Source: Paludibacteraceae bacterium (GTDB lineage: Bacteria > Bacteroidota > Bacteroidia > Bacteroidales > Paludibacteraceae). Taken from it: a DNA stretch of 64,000 nt. Each line of letters begins with the position of its first letter. Position 1 is the first letter of the stretch. Shown here in pieces: positions 28,885 to 38,180 of this stretch. Below the pieces are notes generated by a model. The model was not told the DNA's origin. It searched no databases and was given only the letters and a program-made list of their open reading frames with translations. The stretch is from the NCBI GenBank assembly GCA_016937795.1, contig JAFGVV010000065.1, forward strand, positions 6,429 through 70,428, in the 5' to 3' direction. The position numbers were made by a program, and so were the translations under genes.

Positions 28885-28943
28885 GACAAAGGTCAAAGGT
28901 CAAAAGTCTAATGTCTTTTGTCTTTGCTCTTTGTTCTTTTGTC
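28885..28943. repeat. Head-to-head arrays of a 6-7 nt CAAAG/CTTTG unit separated by 4 nt
   Basis: GACAAAGGTCAAAGGTCAAAAGTC-TAAT-GTCTTTTGTCTTTGCTCTTTGTTCTTTTGTC. Confidence 0.8.
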
Positions 28944-28946
28944 TCT

Positions 28947-30482
28947 CTAAAGCGGAATACTTCCGTGTTTTCGTGCCGGTTTGTGATATTGCTTGTTTGC
29001 CAGAATTTCGAAAGCAGTAATCAGTATATTTCTGGTATCGGATGGGCGTATTACCTCATCGATCAATCCAAACTCTTCTGCTTTATATGGATTCGCTACT
29101 TCATTTTTGTATTTCTCAATAAGCTCACGTTCCATTTCGGCTTTGTTTTCAGCGTTTTTCAGTTCGTGTTTATTGACAATTTTGATTGCACCCCCGGGAC
29201 CCATTACTGCAATCTCGGCTGTAGGCCATGCAAAGTTAAAGTCGCCGCCAGTGTTTTTGCTGCTCATTACAATGTATGCGCCTCCGTATGCCTTGCGTGT
29301 AATCACTGTGATTTTTGGAACAGTTGCTTCGCAGAATGCATAAAGCAGTTTGGCGCCGTTGCGGATAATGCCGTTGTGTTCCTGCTCAATGCCCGGCAGG
29401 AATCCCGGAACATCTTCAAGAATGAGCAATGGAATGTTGAAAGCATCGCAGAAACGAACGAAGCGTGCACCTTTCACGCTGGCATTTATATCGAGTGTGC
29501 CGGCCATTACTTTAGGCTGATTGGCTACAATACCGATTGACTTTCCGTTGAGGCGGGCAAAACCAACCAAAATATTTTGGGCGAATTTTTCGTGAACCTC
29601 AAAAAAACTGTCTTTATCTACAATAATATTAATGACTTCCTTCATGTCGTAAGGACGGTTGGGGTCATCGGGAATAATTTTATCAAGAAACTCCTGACGC
29701 GAGCTGTACATGCTTACGCGGTTCGATACAGGAAGCGTTTCGTAATTGTTCGAAGGAATGTAAGAAAGCAGTTTGCGAATAAGCATAATGGTATGCTCTT
29801 CGTCGTCGGAAACAAAATGTGCCACACCACTTTTCGAGGCATGTACATTTCCGCCGCCAAGGCCTTCCATGTCAATTTCTTCGTTAAGTACTTCGCGAAC
29901 CACATCAGGACCGGTTACAAACATGTATGAAGTCTGATTGGTCATAAAAATAAAATCGGTGAGGGCAGGTGAATATACAGCGCCACCGGCTGCAGGGCCC
30001 AAAATGGCCGAGATTTGCGGAATAATACCCGACGACTGCACATTGTTGCGGAAAATTGATGCATAAGCCGAGAGACTTTTTACGCCTTCCTGAATGCGTG
30101 CTCCACCCGAATCCATAAGACCAACGATGGGAGCGCCCAGTTTTAGTGCCATTTCCTGCACTTTTGCAATTTTCATTCCGTGTGCATAGCCCAGCGAACC
30201 TCCAAGTACAGTGAAATCCTGAGCGTAAGCAAATACGCTGCGTCCCTGCACAAGTCCTCTACCAACCACTACGCCATCGCCAAAGTTCGATTGTTTACTG
30301 CTCATTGGCGTTTGCGCAGGAGCTACAAAAGCGTCGAGTTCGAAAAATGTACCTTCGTCGAAAAGTATGTTGATACGTTCGCGTGCTGTCAGTTTTCCTT
30401 TCAAATGCTGACGGTGTGCCGCATTATCTTCTAACTCCTGCAAAGTTTTTAATCTTTGCCCGAATACTTCGTTTTTATTCAT
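28947..30482 (-). CDS. Acyl-CoA carboxylase carboxyltransferase (beta) subunit (propionyl-/methylmalonyl-CoA type)
   Basis: GKLTARERI, QDFTVLGGSLG, DSGGARIQEG, GPAAGGAVYSPALTDF, DVPGFLPG, RKAYGGAY and KHGSIPL. Confidence 0.93.
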   Translation of the reverse strand: MNKNEVFGQRLKTLQELEDNAAHRQHLKGKLTARERINILFDEGTFFELDAFVAPAQTPMSSKQSNFGDGVVVGRGLVQGRSVFAYAQDFTVLGGSLGYAHGMKIAKVQEMALKLGAPIVGLMDSGGARIQEGVKSLSAYASIFRNNVQSSGIIPQISAILGPAAGGAVYSPALTDFIFMTNQTSYMFVTGPDVVREVLNEEIDMEGLGGGNVHASKSGVAHFVSDDEEHTIMLIRKLLSYIPSNNYETLPVSNRVSMYSSRQEFLDKIIPDDPNRPYDMKEVINIIVDKDSFFEVHEKFAQNILVGFARLNGKSIGIVANQPKVMAGTLDINASVKGARFVRFCDAFNIPLLILEDVPGFLPGIEQEHNGIIRNGAKLLYAFCEATVPKITVITRKAYGGAYIVMSSKNTGGDFNFAWPTAEIAVMGPGGAIKIVNKHELKNAENKAEMERELIEKYKNEVANPYKAEEFGLIDEVIRPSDTRNILITAFEILANKQYHKPARKHGSIPL

Positions 30483-30668
30483 TATTTGTTTATAAAATTC
30501 TAATGATTCAATATTGTTCTAACAAATCACTGCTATTTTCGTTCACCAAATTCTTAAATGTCGGAAAAACTGCACAAAAGTAAATAAAATGTGTAATATA
30601 TAAAAATCTGGAATTGAATCATAGCTGAAATTGTTTCAATATGGTTTCTAATGAATGCTTTTTTTTTC

Positions 30669-30708
30669 AAAAAAAAGACGGAGCTTTCATAAAGAGAAAG
30701 TTCCGTCT
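30669..30708 (-). terminator. Terminator after the paralogous small secreted proteins
   Basis: AGACGGAGCTTTC/GAAAGTTCCGTCT stem with a U-tract on the minus strand. Confidence 0.8.
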
Positions 30709-30736
30709 GGTTTTCTAAAAAAAATACGAATTGAGA

Positions 30737-31105
30737 TTATTTCTCGGCCAAAACCTCATAGTTGCGACTATGTACAGTCAGGTTGAGCGCCACCAGGTAT
30801 TTTTTGTACTGAGCAGGAGTCAAAATGCTTTTTGCATTTGCAAGATTGAACCACATGGCTTTTTCGGCTGCGATTTCGTTCTCGTTTTCAATGGCATGTT
30901 TCATTTTGTTTCCGGTTTGTTCGAAAACAGTTTTCAGCATTTCGGCCTGTGCTTCGCTGGTTTGCAGGTAGCGGGCAAGCGATTTCTGAGTGCTTTCGTT
31001 GTTCAGACGGTTAAATACCTTGTATTCGTTAAGTTCAAGTGCGCTGGCCGAAAAACTTACGCTGGCCAGCATGATCATTGCAGTGAGAATATTTTTAATT
31101 TTCAT
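30737..31105 (-). CDS. Small secreted alpha-helical hypothetical protein (paralog 1)
   Basis: Signal peptide; shares ELNEYKVF..LNNE.T.KSL.RYL with its neighbour. Confidence 0.8.
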   Translation of the reverse strand: MKIKNILTAMIMLASVSFSASALELNEYKVFNRLNNESTQKSLARYLQTSEAQAEMLKTVFEQTGNKMKHAIENENEIAAEKAMWFNLANAKSILTPAQYKKYLVALNLTVHSRNYEVLAEK

Positions 31106-31176
31106 AATTTTCTGTTTTTATGTTGAAATAATATTTTTTGTAATTAAATACGGTTTATACCGTATTTTTAGTAGCA

Positions 31177-31539
31177 TTAATTCGCAGCGTAAAGAATCTC
31201 GCGGCTGTAATTAATGGTTGCATTCAGTGCAAGAACGAATTTGTCGAACTGTTCTTCGCTCAAAACCGAGCGGAGATATTCGAGACTTTCATTCATTGAC
31301 AGTTCGGCAGCTTCGGCATTTCCTTCGTTAAGGGCAACCTTGATGTCGTTTTCTAATAAAGCGAATTTGTCTTTCAGTTTGATCTGCTGACCTTCTTCCA
31401 ATTTCAGATAACGGTTCAGCGACTTGAAAGTAACTTCGTTGTTTAACTTGTAGAATACCTTGTATTCATTCAGTTCCATGGCCATTGAGCCCGAAACAGT
31501 TGCAAAAGCAACAAGCAGTGTAACTAAAACCTTTTTCAT
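31177..31539 (-). CDS. Small secreted alpha-helical hypothetical protein (paralog 2)
   Basis: Start reassigned to MKKVLV (31539), which gives a signal peptide collinear with paralog 1. Confidence 0.8.
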   Translation of the reverse strand: MKKVLVTLLVAFATVSGSMAMELNEYKVFYKLNNEVTFKSLNRYLKLEEGQQIKLKDKFALLENDIKVALNEGNAEAAELSMNESLEYLRSVLSEEQFDKFVLALNATINYSREILYAAN

Positions 31540-31924
31540 ACTTCTCATTTTAATTGAGTTCAAACAATCTTTTTTTATACCTATTTTAAAAACGAAACGA
31601 ACAAAGAATTTCCATGTGATTTTTCGCGTATCATGGTATTTCTTTGTTCGAGTTAACTGTGTCATATAAATAATTTCTTTATGACGATGCAAAAATACAT
31701 GTTTTAAAACATATAATCCAAGCTTTTTGAGAAGAAAATTGATTTATTAATGAAAATATAGTAATAGATATTTACTATATCGAGTTTAAGTGTCATTTAA
31801 TCAATGAAATATGATTTTTTGGGGATTGTTGCGAAAATGTGACTAAATTTCATTTTTATGTTGCGAAACATAAAAATGAGAGGTTTTTAGGGTGGGAAGT
31901 CAGATGTTTTAGTAAAAAAAACAC

Positions 31925-32386
31925 TTAAATTGCGGAAATGATGGACGCAAAATCGGGGATTTCTTCAAAAAAAAGATATTTTCCTTCTTTTAAATCAATT
32001 TTGCAGACGTAATGTTGCAGACCATTACTAATAATGAAGAAACTTACATTCAATTTCAGATTGTACACCACAGCCTGATCGAAAGTGGCCTGAGTAATGG
32101 GCACTTCGGGAGCTTTAAATTCGATAAGTACCAGAGGTTTTGCGTATTCGTCGTACACAATGGCATCGCAGCGTTTTTTCATACCATTGATATTCAGTTG
32201 CTTTTCAATGGCAATCCACGCAGCAGGAAATTTTTTTTCTTCGATAAGAAAACGAATAAAATGTTGGCGAACCCATTCTTCGGGGGTGAGCGATACAAAT
32301 TTCCGTCGCTGGGCATCGAAGATAAATTGTTTATCGTTCTGATTTTTTATACGAAAATTGTACAGCGGAAGATTTAATTGCCACAT
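31925..32386 (-). CDS. Stand-alone HsdR N-terminal-like (PD-(D/E)xK) domain protein
   Basis: RRKFVSLTPEEWVRQH, RCDAIV, LIEFKAP, QAVVYN and SNGL; divergent from amn-holA. Confidence 0.85.
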   Translation of the reverse strand: MWQLNLPLYNFRIKNQNDKQFIFDAQRRKFVSLTPEEWVRQHFIRFLIEEKKFPAAWIAIEKQLNINGMKKRCDAIVYDEYAKPLVLIEFKAPEVPITQATFDQAVVYNLKLNVSFFIISNGLQHYVCKIDLKEGKYLFFEEIPDFASIISAI

Positions 32387-32477
32387 TTTTTAGTATTTTT
32401 GTGTTGAGGTATTTTAAATGCATTACAATGCTGGTGCGAAAATACAAAAATTCTAACACATAAATAAAAGAAGATTT

Positions 32478-33251
32478 ATGAAGACTAAAAGAGAAATTGT
32501 GGAAAACTGGTTGCCCCGTTATACCAAGCGTCCCCTGAATGAGTTTACCGAATATATATTGCTGACAAATTTTAATAATTATGTAGAACTTTTCGCCGAG
32601 TGGTTCGGTGTGCCTGTGTTGGGTCGTGATGGGAATATGATCAACGCTTCGGCAAACGGCATTACCATTATTAACTTTGGAATGGGAAGCCCGAATGCGG
32701 CAATTATTATGGATATTCTATCGGCCATTGAGCCAAAAGCTGTGTTATTTCTCGGGAAATGCGGCGGTTTACGCGACAAAAATAAAATGGGCGATTATAT
32801 CCTGCCAAGTGCTGCAATTCGTGGCGAAGGTACTTCGAACGATTATTTTCCACCCGAAATCCCTGCGCTTCCGGCCTTTAGTTTGCAACGTGCTGTGTCG
32901 TCGAATATACGTGACTTTGGCAAAGATTACTGGACAGGAACCGTTTACACCACCAACCGCCGTGTGTGGGAACACGATGCTCGATTCCGTGAATATCTAC
33001 GCTCTACCCGTGCTATGGCCATCGATATGGAGACGGCTACCTTATTCTCAGCAGGATTTTACAATAGCATACCAATCGGCGCACTGCTATTGGTGTCGGA
33101 TATGCCGCTTCAGGAAGATGGAATTAAAACTTCGGAAAGTGATAAAAAGGTGACCGCCAGTTTTGTGGAAGAGCATATTAAGATTGGTGTAAAAGCTTTG
33201 TCGTCGCTGATTAATAACAGCAAAACAATTAAACACCTGCGGTTCGAATAG
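32478..33251 (+). CDS. amn: AMP nucleosidase
   Basis: MKTKREIVENWLPRYT, ILLTNF, NFGMGSPNAA, AIRGEGTS, TTNRRVWE and AIDMETAT. Confidence 0.92.
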   Translation: MKTKREIVENWLPRYTKRPLNEFTEYILLTNFNNYVELFAEWFGVPVLGRDGNMINASANGITIINFGMGSPNAAIIMDILSAIEPKAVLFLGKCGGLRDKNKMGDYILPSAAIRGEGTSNDYFPPEIPALPAFSLQRAVSSNIRDFGKDYWTGTVYTTNRRVWEHDARFREYLRSTRAMAIDMETATLFSAGFYNSIPIGALLLVSDMPLQEDGIKTSESDKKVTASFVEEHIKIGVKALSSLINNSKTIKHLRFE

Positions 33252-33302
33252 TTTTGCTGCTAACTATTCACTACTAACTATTCAATCCATACTATATTTT
33301 CC

Positions 33303-34322
33303 ATGGCTAAACAGGCAGGACTTTCGTTTGAAAATGTAATGAGCGAACTGAGGCGTAAATCATATTCGCCTCTTTATTTGCTTATGGGCGAAGAGACTTA
33401 TTATATTGATTTAATTACTGATTTTATTCAGAACGAAATTCTGGACGAAAGTCAGCGCGAGTTCGACCTTACTGTGGTGTATGGCAAGGATACGGATATG
33501 ACTACGATAGTGAATGCAGCCAAACGGTATCCGATGATGTCACCATATCAGATTGTGGTGGTACGCGAAGCGCAAATGATAAAAGATTGGGAACCATTAC
33601 AGTACTATTTGCAAAAAACACTTTCGTCGACGATTCTGGTATTCGCATATAAATACGGAACGCCCGATAAACGTAAAAAATGGGTTTTGGATATTGCTAA
33701 AGCCGGTGTTGTCTTCGAATCGGCGAAGCTGCGCGACTATGAAATGGCGGCATGGATAAACCGCTATGCACGAACAAAAAATGTGACTGTGGATGACAAA
33801 GCGGTGATTATGCTTACCGAATTTCTGGGTACCGATTTGAGCAAGGTGGCTAACGAAATGGATAAACTTTTGCTTACAAAATCTGCCGACACAAACCGTA
33901 TTACACCCGAGCATGTCGAAAAAAATATTGGTATCAGCAAGGATTTTAATGTGTTCGAACTACAGGCTGCATTAATCAAACGTGATGTTTTAAAAGCCAA
34001 TCGAATAGTACGCTATTTTGCCGATAATAAAAAGAGTAACCCAATGGTAGTGGTGCTTTCACAGCTGTTCAATTTCTTTGGCAACCTTATGATTTATCAT
34101 TATCTCAGCGATAAGAGCCAGGGTGCAGTGGCTTCTGAGCTAAAGATAAATCCTTATTTTGTAAAAGATTTCGAAGCGGCATCAAAAACTTTTGGTGCTT
34201 GGAAAACAATGAATATTCTCACCTGGATTCGCGAAACAGATGCGCGTGGCAAAGGCATCGAAAGCAATGGCGTGGAAGATGGTGAGCTTCTTAAAGAGCT
34301 TGTTTTTAAAATATTGCACTGA
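33303..34322 (+). CDS. holA: DNA polymerase III delta subunit
   Basis: YLLMGEETYYID, YGKD, AKRYPMM and IGISKDFNVFELQ. Confidence 0.93.
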   Translation: MAKQAGLSFENVMSELRRKSYSPLYLLMGEETYYIDLITDFIQNEILDESQREFDLTVVYGKDTDMTTIVNAAKRYPMMSPYQIVVVREAQMIKDWEPLQYYLQKTLSSTILVFAYKYGTPDKRKKWVLDIAKAGVVFESAKLRDYEMAAWINRYARTKNVTVDDKAVIMLTEFLGTDLSKVANEMDKLLLTKSADTNRITPEHVEKNIGISKDFNVFELQAALIKRDVLKANRIVRYFADNKKSNPMVVVLSQLFNFFGNLMIYHYLSDKSQGAVASELKINPYFVKDFEAASKTFGAWKTMNILTWIRETDARGKGIESNGVEDGELLKELVFKILH

Positions 34323-34375
34323 AATTCTTTTCGTTTTTCATTTCCGGATAAAATTTTCAAATCAAATACTTTCTC

Positions 34376-36514
34376 ATGTCATCCGATAACCCACAGATTA
34401 TTAAACTGATTGCAGATTCGCTGCAACTTACCGAAAAACAGATTCGTAATGCTATCCGATTGCTCGACGAAGGAGCCACAATTCCTTTTATCAGTCGTTA
34501 CCGTAAAGAGATGACTGATGGCATGGACGAAGTGCAGCTTGCCGATACGCGAGAACAATACGATAAACTTTGTGAATTACTCAAGCGCCGCGAAACTGTG
34601 ATGAAAACCATCGAAGAGCAGGATAAACTCACCGATGAACTGCGCAGACGTATTGAAAATTGCTGGAATGCCACCGAACTTGAAGATATTTACTTGCCAT
34701 TCAAACCAAAACGCCGAACCCGTGCCGAAATTGCCCGCGAGAAAGGGCTTGAACCGCTTGCTAAAATGATAATGAAGCAGAATAGTGGCGATGTGGAACG
34801 TATGGCGCAGCAGTTTACCGGCGAAAATGTGGAAACAACTGCCGACGCTCTTGCAGGTGCACGCGATATTATTGCCGAATGGGTAAACGAAAGCGAAAAT
34901 GCCCGAAATGCGGTGCGTAGGAATTTTGCATTCGATGCGGTTATCAGTTCGAAGATTATTAAAGGCAAAGAAGAGGAAGCGCAAAAATACCGCGATTATT
35001 TTGAAATGAGCGAAAAGCTGAACCGCTGTTCGTCACATCGACTACTGGCGATGAGGCGTGGTGAGGCAGAAGGTTTTCTGCGTGTGAGCATTAATCCGGA
35101 TGATGATCGTTGTCTGGAACGACTCGAGCGTATTTTTGTTAGAGCCGATAACGAAGCTGCCGATCTGGTGGCCGTAGCTGTGAAAGATGCATACAAACGA
35201 CTGCTCAAACCCGCTGTGGAAAACGAATTTGCTGCCGAAAGTAAGGCCAAAGCTGATACCGAGGCCATTCGCGTGTTTGCCGAAAATCTCCGTCAGCTTT
35301 TGCTGGCGCCGCCTTTGGGACAGAAACGCACACTGGGTGTCGATCCCGGTTATCGTACGGGCTGTAAAATTGTTTGTCTCGATGCGCAGGGAAATCTGCT
35401 CCACAACGAAACAATCTACCCGCACGCACCTCAGAATGAATATGCACAAGCCATGCGTAAAATACAGAAAATGGTCGAAGCTTATGACATTCAGGCCATA
35501 GCTATCGGAAACGGAACAGCGAGTCGCGAAACTGAGCATTTTATTCAGAATATCCGCTACGACCGCGAAGTGAAAGTTTTTGTGGTAAGCGAAAATGGTG
35601 CTTCGGTGTATTCGGCGTCGAAAACGGCGCGTGAGGAATTTCCGGATTACGATGTCACTGTGCGGGGTGCTGTGTCTATCGGTCGTCGTTTGATGGATCC
35701 GTTGGCTGAGCTCGTGAAAATTGACCCGAAATCGATTGGTGTAGGACAATATCAACATGATGTGGATCAGACACAACTTAAAAAGGCACTCGACCAGACT
35801 GTGGAGAATGCTGTGAACAGGGTAGGAGTGAACCTCAATACAGCAAGCAAGCATTTGTTGACCTATATTTCGGGGCTCGGACCTCAGCTTGCACAGAATA
35901 TTGTGACTTACAGGGCTGAAAATGGTGCGTTCAGAAGTCGCAGGGATTTATTGAAAGTTCCTAAAATGGGAGCGAAGACTTTTGAGCAGTGTGCAGGTTT
36001 TTTGCGCATTCCCGATGCTGAAAATCCGCTCGATAACTCGGCTGTGCATCCTGAAAGTTATCCGATTGTGGAAAAAATGTCGAAGGATATGGGTGTGGCG
36101 GTAAAGGAACTGGTGCGAAACAAAACACTGATTAAAACCATTGAAAAACAAAAATATGTAAGCGACAAAGTGGGAATTCCCACGCTTACCGACATACTCG
36201 AAGAACTTGAAAAACCTGGTCGCGATCCGCGCGAAGGCGTGAAAGTGTTTGAATTTGACCCAAATGTGAAGACAATTGCCAATTTGCATTCAGGCATGGA
36301 ACTTCCGGGAATTGTGACGAATATTACGAATTTCGGAGCTTTTGTAGATGTGGGTATCAAAGAAAACGGACTGATACATATCTCAAATATGGCCGATAAA
36401 TTTATCAGTAATCCGGCCGAAGTGGTTTCACTCCATCAACATGTACGTGTGCAGGTACTCGAAGTGGATGCGCAACGTAAACGTGTGCAGTTAAAGTTGG
36501 TAGGGAAAATGTAA
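34376..36514 (+). CDS. tex: Tex-family RNA-binding transcriptional accessory protein
   Basis: ATIPFISRYRKE, LEDIYLPFKPKRRT, GVDPGYRTGCK, IGNGTASRET, VSENGASVYSAS, IGVGQYQHDV and a C-terminal S1 domain. Confidence 0.95.
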   Translation: MSSDNPQIIKLIADSLQLTEKQIRNAIRLLDEGATIPFISRYRKEMTDGMDEVQLADTREQYDKLCELLKRRETVMKTIEEQDKLTDELRRRIENCWNATELEDIYLPFKPKRRTRAEIAREKGLEPLAKMIMKQNSGDVERMAQQFTGENVETTADALAGARDIIAEWVNESENARNAVRRNFAFDAVISSKIIKGKEEEAQKYRDYFEMSEKLNRCSSHRLLAMRRGEAEGFLRVSINPDDDRCLERLERIFVRADNEAADLVAVAVKDAYKRLLKPAVENEFAAESKAKADTEAIRVFAENLRQLLLAPPLGQKRTLGVDPGYRTGCKIVCLDAQGNLLHNETIYPHAPQNEYAQAMRKIQKMVEAYDIQAIAIGNGTASRETEHFIQNIRYDREVKVFVVSENGASVYSASKTAREEFPDYDVTVRGAVSIGRRLMDPLAELVKIDPKSIGVGQYQHDVDQTQLKKALDQTVENAVNRVGVNLNTASKHLLTYISGLGPQLAQNIVTYRAENGAFRSRRDLLKVPKMGAKTFEQCAGFLRIPDAENPLDNSAVHPESYPIVEKMSKDMGVAVKELVRNKTLIKTIEKQKYVSDKVGIPTLTDILEELEKPGRDPREGVKVFEFDPNVKTIANLHSGMELPGIVTNITNFGAFVDVGIKENGLIHISNMADKFISNPAEVVSLHQHVRVQVLEVDAQRKRVQLKLVGKM

Positions 36515-36704
36515 ATGATTGTGAAGTTATTTAAATTGGATCTGCCAAAAAAAATAACAATAGTTTGATAATATGCAATACAAAATCAAATCGTAAACTT
36601 TTTAGCGCACGAAAGTGGAGTATAATCATTAATTGCTAAGATTAAAATAATAGAACATTAACGCTGATATAGTATTTTTTTTAGTTTTTCAGTCTGTCTT
36701 AAAT

Positions 36705-36739
36705 AAAACCCCGTAAGTTTTGAAAGTCTTACGGGGTTT
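36705..36739. terminator. Bidirectional terminator between tex and the glucan PUL
   Basis: 12-bp stem AAACCCCGTAAG/CTTACGGGGTTT. Confidence 0.85.
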
Positions 36740-36764
36740 GTGGTTCTGTTTTTGTCACAGGTTT

Positions 36765-38141
36765 TTATTCTTTCCACTTAAAAGTTACAACCTCGCCGGG
36801 CTTAAAAGTGTAACTGAAGAGTTTTTTGTCTGTCTGAATCAATACTTCTTTCGTCTCTGAACCATAATATACGCCCATGTAAACCATTGTACCGTCCGAA
36901 TTTAAAAATGCTGCACCCTTTACTGCATCGCCGCTTGAAATTAATCGCTTCGCATTGGGTTGAATGTATTTTCCGAAATGCGCAATGGCATAATATTCAG
37001 CATGTTTCTTAATATCGCCCGATTTGTTTATTTCCACAACACCATAGCAATCCTGACAACCGAAATTTTTTGGTCCGTTGTTTTCGTCGAGTGCGAGGTT
37101 CCACAGAAGGGCATTTTTGCTCCAGCAATTCATAGCACCCACAAAAAGTTCACCTACATACCAGCGTACATTCTGATCAAAATCAGGCGCCCAGCCGCCA
37201 CCCGATTGTTCGGTGAAGTAAATGTTGCGGTCGGGATGCGCTTCCTGTACTTTGCAAAGAGCCGAAATATGTCCTTTGTAAAGATGAAAGCCCGAACCCT
37301 CGACATATTCTTTAGCTTTTTCATCGTTCATTATGCTTATGGGATAATCGGGATTGTCGCAATTATGATCGAAAAGCACAATTTTGGTTTTTAGTCCCGA
37401 GGCTTTCAGTTTCGGACCAAAATGATCGCGGATAAACACTTTTTGCTCCTCGGCTGTCATGTCCATACAAGGATAGGCAGCAGTGCCATATTCCGGTTCG
37501 TTCTGCACTGTCATGGTGTGAATTTCGATGCCTTCCTGCTTGTAAGCCTGAATGTATTTAATCAGATAATCGGCATATACATCGTAACAATCAGGACGAA
37601 GTTTACCGCCCACCATACTTTTGTTTGTTTTCATCCATGCCGGAGGACTCCATGGTGTAGCCATTATTTGCATGCCTGGATTTATAGCCAGAATTTCTTT
37701 CAGCATGGGAATCACATCTTTATGATCCTCGGCAATCGAGAAATTTGAAAGTGTAAAATCCTCGGTTTCGCTATAGCTGAAGAAATTAAACGAAAAGTCG
37801 GATGCACCTACAGCCAAACGGGTGTAATTGATGCCAATTCCTGCAGGGGTGAAAAGTTCTCTGAAAACGGAGTCGCGTTTTGAAGGCGTCAGGTTGTGAT
37901 GAAATACCCAGGCCGAAGCGTGAGTAAGCGCAGCGCCCACGCCATGAACAGTCTGGCAGGTGTCGGCAGCCGAAATTCTGATTATTTCAGTGTTCTTTTT
38001 AAGATCTTTGCCAAAAAGAATCTCTTTTTCGACTAATAGACTATCGGTGTCAGGCAATGAGCTTAAAACCTGTACTTTCTCGGTTTGACTACAGGATATC
38101 AGACCCAAAGTCAGGGCAAATAATGTTGATTTGAATTGCAT
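36765..38141 (-). CDS. GH30 glycoside hydrolase lipoprotein (likely GH30_3 endo-beta-1,6-glucanase type)
   Basis: Lipobox LISC, GASDFS, PWSPPAWMK, acid/base QNEP, nucleophile FTEQSGG, WNLALD and HFGKYI. Confidence 0.88.
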   Translation of the reverse strand: MQFKSTLFALTLGLISCSQTEKVQVLSSLPDTDSLLVEKEILFGKDLKKNTEIIRISAADTCQTVHGVGAALTHASAWVFHHNLTPSKRDSVFRELFTPAGIGINYTRLAVGASDFSFNFFSYSETEDFTLSNFSIAEDHKDVIPMLKEILAINPGMQIMATPWSPPAWMKTNKSMVGGKLRPDCYDVYADYLIKYIQAYKQEGIEIHTMTVQNEPEYGTAAYPCMDMTAEEQKVFIRDHFGPKLKASGLKTKIVLFDHNCDNPDYPISIMNDEKAKEYVEGSGFHLYKGHISALCKVQEAHPDRNIYFTEQSGGGWAPDFDQNVRWYVGELFVGAMNCWSKNALLWNLALDENNGPKNFGCQDCYGVVEINKSGDIKKHAEYYAIAHFGKYIQPNAKRLISSGDAVKGAAFLNSDGTMVYMGVYYGSETKEVLIQTDKKLFSYTFKPGEVVTFKWKE

Positions 38142-38180
38142 AATTTATTTCTGTTATTTATGTTCAATAAATTGTGTGTT

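Noticed and set aside
31925-32386. Type I restriction-modification or defence system
   Set aside because: This is only a 153-aa HsdR-N-like domain with no helicase, HsdM or HsdS nearby. Its position next to amn-holA is, to my knowledge, a common Bacteroidota arrangement.
36515-36704. Small RNA between tex and the PUL terminator
   Set aside because: The region is AT-rich, with no convincing promoter-structure-terminator combination recognisable by eye.
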